This document shows positions 10,847 through 21,082 of a DNA stretch of 64,000 bases, one piece after another. The stretch's first letter is position 1. Each line of letters starts with the position of its first letter. Both the position numbers and the translations under genes were made by a program. Below the pieces are notes generated by a model. It searched no databases. It was not told the origin of the DNA and was given only the letters and a program-made list of their open reading frames with translations. This DNA comes from Pseudomonadota bacterium (GTDB lineage: Bacteria > UBA10199 > 2-02-FULL-44-16 > JBDRGF01), in NCBI GenBank assembly GCA_043818055.1, contig JBDRGF010000159.1, positions 17,623 to 81,622 of the forward strand. Direction: 5' to 3'.

Positions 10847-11277
10847 TCATAAACATCGTGTAATTTATCACAGGAAATACGAATTTCCTCCTGCAAATCA
10901 TATGTACCCGATGTAACATAAATCACGTTTGCTGGTCCCCCAATACATTGATAGCCATGCAAGACTCCAGGTGGAAATGAATACACCCTCGTATTTTGAT
11001 TATCTCCAACCAAAAATTCCATCTTTTCCCTATATGTTTGGGAGTCAGGGCGATTATCACATAACACCACTTTTAATAGTCCGTTAACAACATAATTCCA
11101 CTGCGTCTGTTTTTTATGTGCATGCCAAGCCTTTACAACTGCAGGATAAACAAGAGAGTGGCTAAGTTGACCAAAGCCATCTTTAAAAAATCCATCAGTC
11201 ACACGAATGATCTCACGAAAAAAGCCACGATCATCGGCATGCGTCACCAACTCCTTAAATTCAACTCCACTTATCAT
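10822..11277 (-). CDS. Cupin-fold NDP-4-keto-6-deoxyhexose 3,5-epimerase / ketoisomerase (RmlC-like)
   Basis: 151 aa with ELVTHADDRGFFREI...WHAHKKQTQWNYVVNGLLKVVLCDNR, which is RmlC-family-like. A second paralog of the bona fide rfbC at 37328. Confidence 0.6.
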   Translation of the reverse strand: MISGVEFKELVTHADDRGFFREIIRVTDGFFKDGFGQLSHSLVYPAVVKAWHAHKKQTQWNYVVNGLLKVVLCDNRPDSQTYREKMEFLVGDNQNTRVYSFPPGVLHGYQCIGGPANVIYVTSGTYDLQEEIRISCDKLHDVYDWFTVSIR

Positions 11278-12377
11278 TTTTTCTCCATAAACCTTTGAAT
11301 CACGGCTGCAACTGTCGCTAGTTCCGATGTCTTCAATTCGGGATACATCGGCAATGAAAGAACTTCATTTGCAATTTTTTCAGTATTCACAAGCTCGTCT
11401 GAACCCTTTAAACGCTTCAAATAGGCTGGCTGAAGATGTACTGGTACTGGGTAATGTACCAACGAGCCGACTCCATTATCCTTGAGATATTGCTGTAATT
11501 TATCACGTTCAGAAGATCTTATAACATATAAGTGATATACATGAGTGGATTCTTCGCGTTTCTTTGGTAAAATAATATTATGATTTACTAATAACTGATC
11601 GTATTTAGATGCCAACATTGATCTAAGTTCATTATCTTTATCTAGTGTACGTAATTTTATTCTTAGTATTGCAGCCTGCAATTCATCTAGTCTTGAATTC
11701 CAGCCTGATATTTTACTAACATAACGGTCAGCCCATCCATATTCACGCAACAATTTTGCTTTTTGCGCTATCTCTCCATCATTGGTGACCAACATACCAC
11801 CATCACCTAATGCACCTAAATTTTTGGTGGGATAGAAACTAAAACAAGCAGCATCGCCCCATGAACCAACTCGTCGCCCATGACACATCGCCCCAGTTGC
11901 CTGAGCACAATCTTCGATAACCTTCAATTTATTAGCGCGTGCTACGTCAATTATAGAGATCATGTCAACAGGCAAACCATAGAGATGAACAGGAATAATC
12001 GCTTTAGTTTTTGTACTAATCGCCTTTTCAATTTTCAATGGATCCAAAACATAAAATTTTGGATCAATATCAACTAAAACTGGTGTTGCGCCCGCAAGTT
12101 CGATAGCGGCTATTGTTGCAACAGCAGTATGAGCAACAGTAATAACTTCATGACCTGGCCCAATACCACATGCCCTTAAAGCAACGTGTAAAGCTTCAGT
12201 TCCGCTGCCAACCCCAACCCCAAACTTTACTCCAACATAATTAGAGAATTCTGATTCGAATAATTTGCATTCCTCTCCAGATATATACCATCCCTTCTCC
12301 AAAACATTAGAGATTGCAGAGACAATTTCATCCTTGTGTGATAAATATTGTATTTTAGGATTACTGCAGTGTATCAT
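11274..12377 (-). CDS. DegT/DnrJ/EryC1/StrS-family PLP-dependent sugar aminotransferase
   Basis: Strong family resemblance throughout, including EESTHVYHLYVIRSSERDKLQQYLKDNGVGSLVHYPVPVHLQPAY. 4-nt overlap coupling with its neighbours. Confidence 0.85.
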   Translation of the reverse strand: MIHCSNPKIQYLSHKDEIVSAISNVLEKGWYISGEECKLFESEFSNYVGVKFGVGVGSGTEALHVALRACGIGPGHEVITVAHTAVATIAAIELAGATPVLVDIDPKFYVLDPLKIEKAISTKTKAIIPVHLYGLPVDMISIIDVARANKLKVIEDCAQATGAMCHGRRVGSWGDAACFSFYPTKNLGALGDGGMLVTNDGEIAQKAKLLREYGWADRYVSKISGWNSRLDELQAAILRIKLRTLDKDNELRSMLASKYDQLLVNHNIILPKKREESTHVYHLYVIRSSERDKLQQYLKDNGVGSLVHYPVPVHLQPAYLKRLKGSDELVNTEKIANEVLSLPMYPELKTSELATVAAVIQRFMEKK

Positions 12378-13597
12378 TTAAGCACCTTTACTGTTGGAAC
12401 GTGGACAATCCATTTACCACCTGTTGATTTATAATCTTGTTCTTTAGCCATAATCTCTTCTGAATGGTTCCATGCAAAAAGAAAAGCATAATTCGGATAT
12501 TTTGTCTTAAATTCCTGATAACTTTTTACTGGTATATGCATTCCAGGACTAAACCTACCCTGCTTAATTGGCGTTGTATCACATATATATTCAATTAGTT
12601 CAGAACCTATCCCACAATAATTGAGAATTGTTGTACTCTTCGAAGTAGCGGCATATCCAACAACACGGTCCCCATCTCTTTTGAATTCGACCAAAAGTCT
12701 CTTCAACGACTCCTTTGACTGCTCACAATTTTTTCTAAACTTATCATATGTGTCCGGCAGATGTAACCCAAGGTCATGTTCTTTTTTTAGTTGTTCGCCT
12801 ACTCTCTTGGAAATTGGCTTTGTACCCTTATGAGCTATAACATAACGCATGGAACCACCATGAGTCGACTGAGGCTCCACATCAATAACCTCCATACCAT
12901 GTTCATTAAAAACATAACTGATGGAAGAAACAGAAAAAAGAAAAACATGTTCATCATATATTTGGTCATAAGATGTCTTTTCAATAACATCACCAAGATA
13001 TGGATCCTCGAACATCGCAACCCCATCATCTTTTAATAAAATGTTAATTCCCTCTGCTATAGAGTGGAAATAAGGTATGTGACACATGACATTTGCGGCC
13101 AAATAGGCATCTGCTTTACCATATTTATCAACGATCTTCCTTGCCAATTTCTCATCGAAAAATTCTGATATCGTATTGATACCACTATCCATAGCAACCT
13201 TAGCAACATTAGATGAAGGTTCAATTCCTAGATGCCGGATCTTTCGAGCCGCAAAGTTTTTGAGCATAATTCCATCATTACTACCTACTTCAACAACAAA
13301 CGGATCATTTGATTTTATGTAATCTTTAAGGGCATGATCGGCGAACTCAGCAAAATGGGCTATCATTCCTTTGGAAGTTTGGGAAAAGAAGGCATAGTTC
13401 TCATGAAACATCTTCTCACGATCAGGCTGATCAATAAGCTGTACCATTTTGCAGTGTGGACAAAAAGCGACCTTCATCTCAAAAAAATACTCTTCTGCAA
13501 ATCTATCCTTCGTCAGAAAACCATTAGCTATGGGCATCTTTCCAAAATCTATAAACGGCTCGATGTGAGTATTACAAATCAAACATTTTTTCATCAC
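12374..13597 (-). CDS. NDP-hexose C-methyltransferase (TylC3/Methyltransf_13-14 type, with N-terminal Zn-ribbon)
   Basis: N-terminal CLICNTHIEPF...CPHCKMVQL zinc-binding motif, then a class I MTase domain and the C-methyltransferase C-terminal domain. Confidence 0.7.
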   Translation of the reverse strand: MMKKCLICNTHIEPFIDFGKMPIANGFLTKDRFAEEYFFEMKVAFCPHCKMVQLIDQPDREKMFHENYAFFSQTSKGMIAHFAEFADHALKDYIKSNDPFVVEVGSNDGIMLKNFAARKIRHLGIEPSSNVAKVAMDSGINTISEFFDEKLARKIVDKYGKADAYLAANVMCHIPYFHSIAEGINILLKDDGVAMFEDPYLGDVIEKTSYDQIYDEHVFLFSVSSISYVFNEHGMEVIDVEPQSTHGGSMRYVIAHKGTKPISKRVGEQLKKEHDLGLHLPDTYDKFRKNCEQSKESLKRLLVEFKRDGDRVVGYAATSKSTTILNYCGIGSELIEYICDTTPIKQGRFSPGMHIPVKSYQEFKTKYPNYAFLFAWNHSEEIMAKEQDYKSTGGKWIVHVPTVKVLK

Positions 13598-13647
13598 GCA
13601 TCTCCTTTTTTATAAAATATTATCTCAAGCAATTATTAAGCCGACTC

Positions 13648-15249
13648 CTACCGTTTTTCTAAAGAAAAATAACTAACCGACTTCTCATCCTTTGGGAAAT
13701 CTCTCGGCAAATCAATATCTATTAAATTATACTTGTAAGCTTCGGCCCTTGGGTAAAAAGATGCCTTGGAAAACTGGACCGTCCTGTTTGAATATACATA
13801 TTTTCTAAACACACCACGTACAATAGGAGCTAAATCACCGCGAATATAAAAAATATTCGTCTTTCCTTTTACATTAATATCATTTTTGTCGATTATTTCT
13901 TTTAATGCATCCATGGCACCGCTGCTATATTGAATGTCATTATTTTGTTTTCCCCGTTCACCAAAAGAATTCAAGAGAGACATCGTATTTCCAAACAACG
14001 ATCCATAAAACAAATAATGAGATGCAACAAAAGCTGTCGCGGTCATTCCGATCATAGAAACACTCATATAAACATGCCGTTTAACTGCGCTCTTGTCTGG
14101 CAAAATAGCAAAGACAAAAACCGGCAAAATAACAAACCAGGCTGAACCGTAATAGAATCTCCAAACAATTTGATAATGAGTTATAATAGCGGCGACTATG
14201 AATGTTAACGGGATAACGGGAACTAAAAAAAACAGTATCGACGAAATCAATTGTGACTTAAACAGATTTTGATTTATTATTATGCTCCGTTTCTTTGAAA
14301 TCCATAGCGTAAAAAGACCCGCTAAGAGTGAAAATATGGCAATCTCGCTAAAGGCCTTTGGAAATGCGTTGAGCTCCATTACAAGCCTGCCTAAGCCTAC
14401 ACTTTTAACTTTATCGACATATAAAACATATGTGGCATAAAAATCAGTAAAAAGTGATGGTACAGGTATACTCTTTGTCAGGATAATAATTACAAAACAA
14501 ATCGAAAGAAATGATATTGCAAACACAAAGGGCCAACGATAAGCGATAATAATATTATGTACATAGGACCTACAGAAGCAAACCATCACCATCAACGAAA
14601 TTAAATAAAACAATGCTTCAGTAGGATGTATAATTAGAAGCAAAGGCAATATGAGAACGATCTGGGAAAGTGCAACTATTTTTTGCCTTCTAATCGAACA
14701 TTTATCGAACAATATGTGCATGGACAAAGCGGAAATATACCAATACAGCGGGATCGTTAAACCCTGATAGGTGATCGAATACCATAAGATCCAAGCTCGT
14801 TGATCATACTCAGCACTACCATTTCCTATAAACCAGAGAATTATAGAAAATATGATAAGCATCTGCCGCTCGACATTTTTAATATTTGGCAGGGCTAATT
14901 TTACAAAAGTTGAACTGAAAAAAGCGATACAGACGTAAGATAATATTGATTGAGAAACATGGATGATCTTTGCCCATACGAAAATGTCATTTATATGAAT
15001 AAATTTAAAGAAATATCCCCATACAAGGTGCCAAAGATACATTGAACGACGCACATCTTCTGGCCAAAAGATGAAGCTTTTACCATTGTCATAAAAACTC
15101 GTAATCACCGTGAGGTGTTCCCACATGTCAAATGGTAATTTCAGGAATGGATGCGAAAATATAATAGCTGCGATCACCATGACCGAGAATACAGCAATAT
15201 ACGAATTGTCTAAAATTTTATTCTTGATCGTCATAATATTCCAAAACAC
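13648..15249 (-). CDS. Large polytopic membrane protein, possible GT-C-type glycosyltransferase/polymerase
   Basis: 533 aa with more than 12 predicted hydrophobic helices. I see no recognisable soluble domain. Confidence 0.45.
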   Translation of the reverse strand: MFWNIMTIKNKILDNSYIAVFSVMVIAAIIFSHPFLKLPFDMWEHLTVITSFYDNGKSFIFWPEDVRRSMYLWHLVWGYFFKFIHINDIFVWAKIIHVSQSILSYVCIAFFSSTFVKLALPNIKNVERQMLIIFSIILWFIGNGSAEYDQRAWILWYSITYQGLTIPLYWYISALSMHILFDKCSIRRQKIVALSQIVLILPLLLIIHPTEALFYLISLMVMVCFCRSYVHNIIIAYRWPFVFAISFLSICFVIIILTKSIPVPSLFTDFYATYVLYVDKVKSVGLGRLVMELNAFPKAFSEIAIFSLLAGLFTLWISKKRSIIINQNLFKSQLISSILFFLVPVIPLTFIVAAIITHYQIVWRFYYGSAWFVILPVFVFAILPDKSAVKRHVYMSVSMIGMTATAFVASHYLFYGSLFGNTMSLLNSFGERGKQNNDIQYSSGAMDALKEIIDKNDINVKGKTNIFYIRGDLAPIVRGVFRKYVYSNRTVQFSKASFYPRAEAYKYNLIDIDLPRDFPKDEKSVSYFSLEKR

Positions 15250-15261
15250 CTAAACAAATGT

Positions 15262-15897
15262 TTACTCACAAGAATTTCGCAGGCCAACCTTTTCAAACAA
15301 TAACAGCCTGAACACATCCAGAAATATCTTCTCGTTTCGCACGATATTAAAACCATGCCCAGCAAAAATATTGATAAAATCCATAATTCTATAATTATAT
15401 TCGTAAACATTTTTATCGCCCACAAGCAGTTCGGACAAATATGCAAGCGTTTTGCCGATAAAAGAACCATGATTCGGCTGAATTAACAGCACGTAGCGTC
15501 GACTTATCCTTACCAAATGCTCTGCATACGGTTCAAAATTAAGGAAGTGTTCAAGCATGCCGTCGCTTGAAACAAGATCGAACTGCCGATCCATCGCGTC
15601 CAAATTCATCAGTGTAGCATTCAGTCTTTTTTTTCTGCACACTGCCACCGCTTCCGGAGAAATATCTATGCCCTCACATTCATAACCAGCATCGTGAAAA
15701 ATACGCAAGGTATGGCCAAGCCCGCAGCCAACCTCCACCACTGTCCTGATCTGAATATCATCCAGCACCTTTTTCAGAATGTGTTCTTTTGCGTTGAACA
15801 TTTTTCGACCAAGGATGGTCAACCTCTCCTTTTCCTGACTCCCGTCCCATCTTTTATCCCACTCAACAGCAAGGTTCTTGTCTATGTCATTTGTCAT
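15262..15897 (-). CDS. Class I SAM-dependent methyltransferase
   Basis: VVEVGCGLGHTLRIFHDAGYECEGIDISPEAV motif I and post-I. Confidence 0.75.
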   Translation of the reverse strand: MTNDIDKNLAVEWDKRWDGSQEKERLTILGRKMFNAKEHILKKVLDDIQIRTVVEVGCGLGHTLRIFHDAGYECEGIDISPEAVAVCRKKRLNATLMNLDAMDRQFDLVSSDGMLEHFLNFEPYAEHLVRISRRYVLLIQPNHGSFIGKTLAYLSELLVGDKNVYEYNYRIMDFINIFAGHGFNIVRNEKIFLDVFRLLLFEKVGLRNSCE

Positions 15898-15929
15898 ATG
15901 TTTTTAAAAAATCTGCTGTAAGGTTTATC

Positions 15930-16922
15930 TCATTTCACTCTTGGGTTGAGAAGCCCATACATCTCTCCTAGAGCATAGCCAAAATGTTGCACTATATAAA
16001 CAGATATAACATAAAAAACTACAGATAATTTCTTTTTTTTAAAGCACATAAAAAAAGATAATATCGTAATGGCCAAAAAATATAATAACGGCAGAAAAAA
16101 CATTCTATTCTGAATAGAAAATAATGTGGAAAGCATGATCAATATAAAAATTATCGGCAAGACAAAACTTGGCTTCCACATGGCCGGATACCGTTTCAAA
16201 AGACGAGCTCTCCCTTTTCCATAACGAAACATGTTTTTCAACCATCTTGTGGGGGTAGGCCGCATTTTGTGCCACACCATGGATTCGGGGATAAAGACAA
16301 ATTTATGACCTGACAAAGAAAGTCTATAATTAAGATCGGCGTCCTCTGCCTCGCTAAAAAGTGATTCGTCATAACATCCAGCCTCAACAATCTTATCTTT
16401 TCTATATAGAACATTGAGACTTGAAAGACTTGTAACGTACCTGTGTTCTGCAAAACATCTTCCTTGCACACTATTAAAGCTCCCGGCATACGAATCAAGT
16501 GCAACACCGATTGCATTCATAAACTTAGAAGAATATTCAGGAGGCTTATTTCCGCCTCCCACAGCCACAACCCGATGATCCTTATTTGTCGCACGTTGAT
16601 AATTATCGACAAGAATGGTCAACCAATTTGACAAGGCCTCGCAATCGGCATCGATAAGAGCTATATGGTCGTATCGCGAGGCCTTGATACCTGCGTTTCT
16701 ACCCGCAGCAACTCCTTTTTTTGGTTCAATTATGAGAGTAACCTTCTTCCCTTGTCTCTTACAAAACTCTTCAACAATAGCTCTAGTGCAATCATTGGAA
16801 TTACCATCAACAACAATTATTTCATACTCACCAAGCCGATAATTCATATTCAGAAGCGACCTCAAACAGTCCCCTATATTTTTTTCTTCGTTAACGCATG
16901 GAACTATTACCGACACGTTCAT
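15930..16922 (-). CDS. Family 2 glycosyltransferase with C-terminal transmembrane segments
   Basis: VSVIVPCVNEEKNIGDCLRSLL...IIVVDGNSND and ALIDADC DxD, with a hydrophobic C-terminal tail. Confidence 0.8.
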   Translation of the reverse strand: MNVSVIVPCVNEEKNIGDCLRSLLNMNYRLGEYEIIVVDGNSNDCTRAIVEEFCKRQGKKVTLIIEPKKGVAAGRNAGIKASRYDHIALIDADCEALSNWLTILVDNYQRATNKDHRVVAVGGGNKPPEYSSKFMNAIGVALDSYAGSFNSVQGRCFAEHRYVTSLSSLNVLYRKDKIVEAGCYDESLFSEAEDADLNYRLSLSGHKFVFIPESMVWHKMRPTPTRWLKNMFRYGKGRARLLKRYPAMWKPSFVLPIIFILIMLSTLFSIQNRMFFLPLLYFLAITILSFFMCFKKKKLSVVFYVISVYIVQHFGYALGEMYGLLNPRVK

Positions 16923-16924
16923 GA

Positions 16925-18412
16925 TTACTGTCCTCTTCCAAGTTGTCCCATAAAATATTTTGAGAAAAAAACCCTTGCGGATTTCAGACTCCTATAGCCT
17001 TCCGATGGGTCTTTAATGGCCTGTTTTAGCTTCATAAACATATATGCAAACCTTAAATGATATTTTTTTAAATAGTCATCACAAAGAGATACCATCTCTT
17101 CTGATTTGAGACTAGCAGTATTAATCACACAATTGTGTAATCCATCGTTTGTCAACCATTGTGAAAAATCTTCTGTTTTGAGATATCCATGCTCCTTTGC
17201 CCATGAATATGCTTCTGTTCCGGGATAGACGTAGAGCGGATAAAACTGCATACTGTCGCAGTTTATCTTTTTGGAGAACTCATAGCTCTTCATCAGAGTT
17301 GTCTTGGTATCTCCGGGATTGCCAACCATTATGCAACCATGTACCAGAACACCGGCCTTCCTCGCGCTGTCAGCAAATTTATAATAAACTTCAACCCTCT
17401 CACCTTTGCACATCTTGTCAAGAATCTGTTGACATCCGCTCTCAAAACCAACTGTAACGAGACGACAACCCGCGCTCTTCATCAATTTCAAAAGATCATA
17501 ATCAAGATCACCGCGCACATTGCAATACCACTTTATTTTTATTCCGCGGCCAATAATTAACTCACATATCTTTTTCACCCTTTTACGATCTGCGCTGAAA
17601 CAATCATCCTCTATACCGATCTCTTTTACATCTGGAAAGTTCCTGACAATATATTCAAATTCATCGACAACATTCTCCGGAGAACGCGTTCTGTAGGATC
17701 TTGCATGGAATACTTGCGGATAAACACAAAAAAAGCACTTAAACGGACAACCCCTGCCCGTAATTATCATCATCATGGGATAATTAGCTGCCGCAAAAAA
17801 ATATTTACGGCAGTTAAGATGCTTTTTATATACCGATGAGACAAAGGGAATATTGTCAAGGTCCTTGATTTTCTCCCTTTCCTTATTGCGAACTATCACC
17901 CCGTCTTTTCTAAAGACCAAGCCGTCAACCTCACCAATGTCATTCTTGTTCATTATGACGCCTGCAAGGTCACGGATCGTGTAATCATATTCGCCGATGG
18001 CAACGGCATCGACCTTCGTGCTTAAGTTCACCGTCTGTTCGGGAAGTGCGGAGGGATGTGTCCCGACCATTACAATGAACGAGGCAGGATATTGATCTTT
18101 GATGGTCCCTGCAATATGAACATCACTGAATATGCTCGGTGTGCTTGTATCGATAACCGCAATTTCAGGGACGAAACCGTCTAACGAGTTAAAGACCCCT
18201 TCGATATCAAGTCCAAGGGCCGGCGCATCTATCAGCCTGACGTTATGACCAGCCTGTTCGGCAACAGCCGTCGCATAGGCAAGCCACAAGGGGTAGTATA
18301 GCGTTCCCCCCTTACAAACCGCGGGGCTGCGCGAGGTCCGTGAAAACTGATCAAGAAACGGAGGATTGAGAAATAATATGTTCATTGAATTGATTTGATG
18401 CGTTAGATCCAT
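16925..18412 (-). CDS. B12-binding domain radical SAM enzyme
   Basis: GRGCPFKCFFC CxxxCxxC after an N-terminal B12-binding-like domain. 495 aa. Confidence 0.8.
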   Translation of the reverse strand: MDLTHQINSMNILFLNPPFLDQFSRTSRSPAVCKGGTLYYPLWLAYATAVAEQAGHNVRLIDAPALGLDIEGVFNSLDGFVPEIAVIDTSTPSIFSDVHIAGTIKDQYPASFIVMVGTHPSALPEQTVNLSTKVDAVAIGEYDYTIRDLAGVIMNKNDIGEVDGLVFRKDGVIVRNKEREKIKDLDNIPFVSSVYKKHLNCRKYFFAAANYPMMMIITGRGCPFKCFFCVYPQVFHARSYRTRSPENVVDEFEYIVRNFPDVKEIGIEDDCFSADRKRVKKICELIIGRGIKIKWYCNVRGDLDYDLLKLMKSAGCRLVTVGFESGCQQILDKMCKGERVEVYYKFADSARKAGVLVHGCIMVGNPGDTKTTLMKSYEFSKKINCDSMQFYPLYVYPGTEAYSWAKEHGYLKTEDFSQWLTNDGLHNCVINTASLKSEEMVSLCDDYLKKYHLRFAYMFMKLKQAIKDPSEGYRSLKSARVFFSKYFMGQLGRGQ

Positions 18413-19059
18413 CCCTTGAACCAGAAATAAACGATGGATAGATATTCCCTGATAATTTCCGGCATGAATCTAATCCTATTGGGAATGTGATATATCTCCT
18501 TTTCATAACAAGACACCGGTGCAGGATATGCTTCAATTCCCATTTTCTTACAGATCAGGAGACTTCTGAACATGTGATATGAAGATGTGACCAACAATGA
18601 TTTTTTTAAACCTAAGGAATCCAATATCGGCAGTGAATTGGCAAGATTCTCATAGGTATTTTGTGAACGCTCTTCAGTGATAATATCATCTCCATTTACG
18701 CCCATTTTCACCATAAGATCTTTTATTGTGACCGATATCGGCGGATCTCCTTTTTTCAGCACACCTCCACAAATAATTATCTTCTTGGCATACCCTTCTT
18801 TATATAGAGATACTGCCTGCAACATCCTTTGAAACGAGTTCTGTTCGGGTATGTTTTTAGTAAAATATCCCGACGAAAGAAGAATGATCGAATCGGCTTG
18901 TTTTATCTCGGGTATAACCTCTAAATACGAATATAATCGATTGACAAGTGGCGTGAACACAAGAATGCATACAAGAAAATTCATGAGCAAAGATAAGAAA
19001 AAAACCGATCTATAGATTTTCTGTTTCGCTGTCATTAAAACTTTCGGGGTATCTGTCAT
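18403..19059 (-). CDS. DUF218 / YdcF-SanA-ElyC family membrane-anchored protein
   Basis: N-terminal TM segment and KKIIICGG...GDPPISV DUF218 core. Confidence 0.55.
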   Translation of the reverse strand: MTDTPKVLMTAKQKIYRSVFFLSLLMNFLVCILVFTPLVNRLYSYLEVIPEIKQADSIILLSSGYFTKNIPEQNSFQRMLQAVSLYKEGYAKKIIICGGVLKKGDPPISVTIKDLMVKMGVNGDDIITEERSQNTYENLANSLPILDSLGLKKSLLVTSSYHMFRSLLICKKMGIEAYPAPVSCYEKEIYHIPNRIRFMPEIIREYLSIVYFWFKGWI

Positions 19060-19079
19060 CTGGGATAGCTCGTTTCGTG

Positions 19080-19670
19080 TTATCTTATTATGTATTCTAC
19101 TCTGCCGACGATCATGTCATTGATACAATGAAGAAGCAAATTATGAATGATCTCAACATAACCATAGGCCTTGGAGTTGATCCAAAAATTTATTGAACCC
19201 AATGCACTCAAAGGATTTTTTTGATCGAACCCTGAAAATGTGATCACGGTCATATTTTTTTTCAATGCCTCTTCACAGGCGTTCAAAATGTTCTTAGACG
19301 AGCCACTACTGCTGATAGCTATCAAAACATCACCCTTACAACCGTAGTGTTCAACGCCCTTTTGAAACATCCTTTCATATCCATAATCATTAGCATATGC
19401 CGTCATCATCGGAGACCCGCTGATCGTCATAGCCCTTAAACCAGCATTTTTCGTCAAATCGACAGACATGTGTTCAGCTATTGCCGCCGAAGCGCCATTT
19501 CCTATCAATATTATCTTAGCCCCCCTATTCTTCGTGGCAATAAGACACTTTGTGGCATCAATCAACTTAGCCTTGTTGTTCTTTTTTCCGATATGGGCTT
19601 CAACAATACTGTTAAAGTCACAAAAAAACTCATCCAAAAAACTATTATAAAACTCGTTCGTCTCATTCAT
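19080..19670 (-). CDS. gmhA: SIS-domain sedoheptulose-7-phosphate isomerase
   Basis: KIILIGNGASAAIAEHMSVDL...DVLIAISSSGSSKNIL, the SIS fold typical of GmhA. 196 aa. Confidence 0.75.
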   Translation of the reverse strand: MNETNEFYNSFLDEFFCDFNSIVEAHIGKKNNKAKLIDATKCLIATKNRGAKIILIGNGASAAIAEHMSVDLTKNAGLRAMTISGSPMMTAYANDYGYERMFQKGVEHYGCKGDVLIAISSSGSSKNILNACEEALKKNMTVITFSGFDQKNPLSALGSINFWINSKAYGYVEIIHNLLLHCINDMIVGRVEYIIR

Positions 19671-19706
19671 ATATTAAAACACCTATGGAGGAATCGTTAA
19701 ATAATG

Positions 19707-21008
19707 TCACTGACAATTGCCATGAAGCTCTGGATACAAGGTTTTATTGTTATTTTTCTCATATTCAGCCAAAATCTGTCTGAATTCGGGAATGGTCATA
19801 CTTCCTTTCTTCTCAAGTGCAGGATAATAAAAATTCATAAAATCCGGATCATCTGCCAAAAAGCAGGCGTGATATCCTCCAAATGGAGTTTCTTTCAGAC
19901 CTCTTTCCCGTGCAACAGACAGTGGCTCCTTCATAACATTTCCCATGTAAACATGCATGTTAGCACAATTCATGACATCACCGTAGGGGGTCATATTTAT
20001 CATTTCTTTCGTCCCGGGACATCCGAACTGCTTCCCGTAATTGAAGTTCAGATGCCTGGTAACCCAGTTGTATGGTTTTATAATTTTCTCGTAATTTTTG
20101 ACATCTTCCTTGTCGAGCATAACCTCCTTGTTATGGAAATTGCCTACTCCTTTGGCAAATAGTGTGCACAGAAGCACCTGTTCCCGTTCCGCAAGCTCCA
20201 ACAACTCCCTGAAACCATCTGTATAGAGATTACCTTTGTGAACGCAGCAATTAATAACAACTTTAATACCATATTTTTTACTCAACCTGATATTTTCAAC
20301 AACCTTTTCAAAGCTCCCAGCCTTTTTTCTGAAGGCATTATGAATTTCAGGATAACCGCTGTCGAGACTATAATTGATCGTATCAACACCCAACTCGTAA
20401 GCTCTTTTGATCTTTGCTTCGTCAACAAGATAACCATTGGTGGTAATAATAATATGATTCTTCATCGGTTGCCATGCCCTGATAAACTCCTCCCAGTTTT
20501 TTACAACAAAAGGCTCTCCGCCTTCCATGCCAAACGTAGTGGCACCAAGCTTCATCGCCTCTTTCACAACTCTCGCATAATCGGAAGGTTTCATCTCCTG
20601 TCTCTTCCCCGACTCATCAATCCTTGCACAAAGACAATGATTGCAACTAAAGTTACATCTAAAGCTAACTGCAAACTCTATCCCTCTTAGAATATATTTT
20701 TTCATTCCCAGGTAGTGATAAACTTTCCCTCGGATCTCATTCCAAATAATCCTGAAGGGATAGAATGGCTTTCTCCAATGGATCCCATATTTAAAACGAA
20801 TGCGCCATAACGTAAGGAATTTTTTAATTGGATTGTATTGCCGTGTAATTATTACCCGTTTGCGTTTTGTCTGTTCTTCGGCTTCTTTCAATTTTTTCAT
20901 TATACGTCTGGACTCTTCCTGTGTTTTGGCAATCAGCTTAACATCGTCTTCAAGCGTACTAAATACCGACACCTTGTTTTGTGACGCAAATACACTACTC
21001 TCAAGCAT
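19707..21008 (-). CDS. Radical SAM enzyme with auxiliary-cluster-like C-terminus and ~100-aa N-terminal charged/coiled extension
   Basis: FRCNFSCNHC CxxxCxxC and GGEPF. C-terminal Cys cluster CPGTKEMINMTPYGDVMNC. The N-terminal extension may be an artefact of an upstream start. Confidence 0.7.
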   Translation of the reverse strand: MLESSVFASQNKVSVFSTLEDDVKLIAKTQEESRRIMKKLKEAEEQTKRKRVIITRQYNPIKKFLTLWRIRFKYGIHWRKPFYPFRIIWNEIRGKVYHYLGMKKYILRGIEFAVSFRCNFSCNHCLCARIDESGKRQEMKPSDYARVVKEAMKLGATTFGMEGGEPFVVKNWEEFIRAWQPMKNHIIITTNGYLVDEAKIKRAYELGVDTINYSLDSGYPEIHNAFRKKAGSFEKVVENIRLSKKYGIKVVINCCVHKGNLYTDGFRELLELAEREQVLLCTLFAKGVGNFHNKEVMLDKEDVKNYEKIIKPYNWVTRHLNFNYGKQFGCPGTKEMINMTPYGDVMNCANMHVYMGNVMKEPLSVARERGLKETPFGGYHACFLADDPDFMNFYYPALEKKGSMTIPEFRQILAEYEKNNNKTLYPELHGNCQ

Positions 21009-21082
21009 AAAATCGCTCCTTTTTGATCTGTAATTATAGTTTTATACTTAACCGAACACCAAGGAATTCTTCTCTCAAATTA

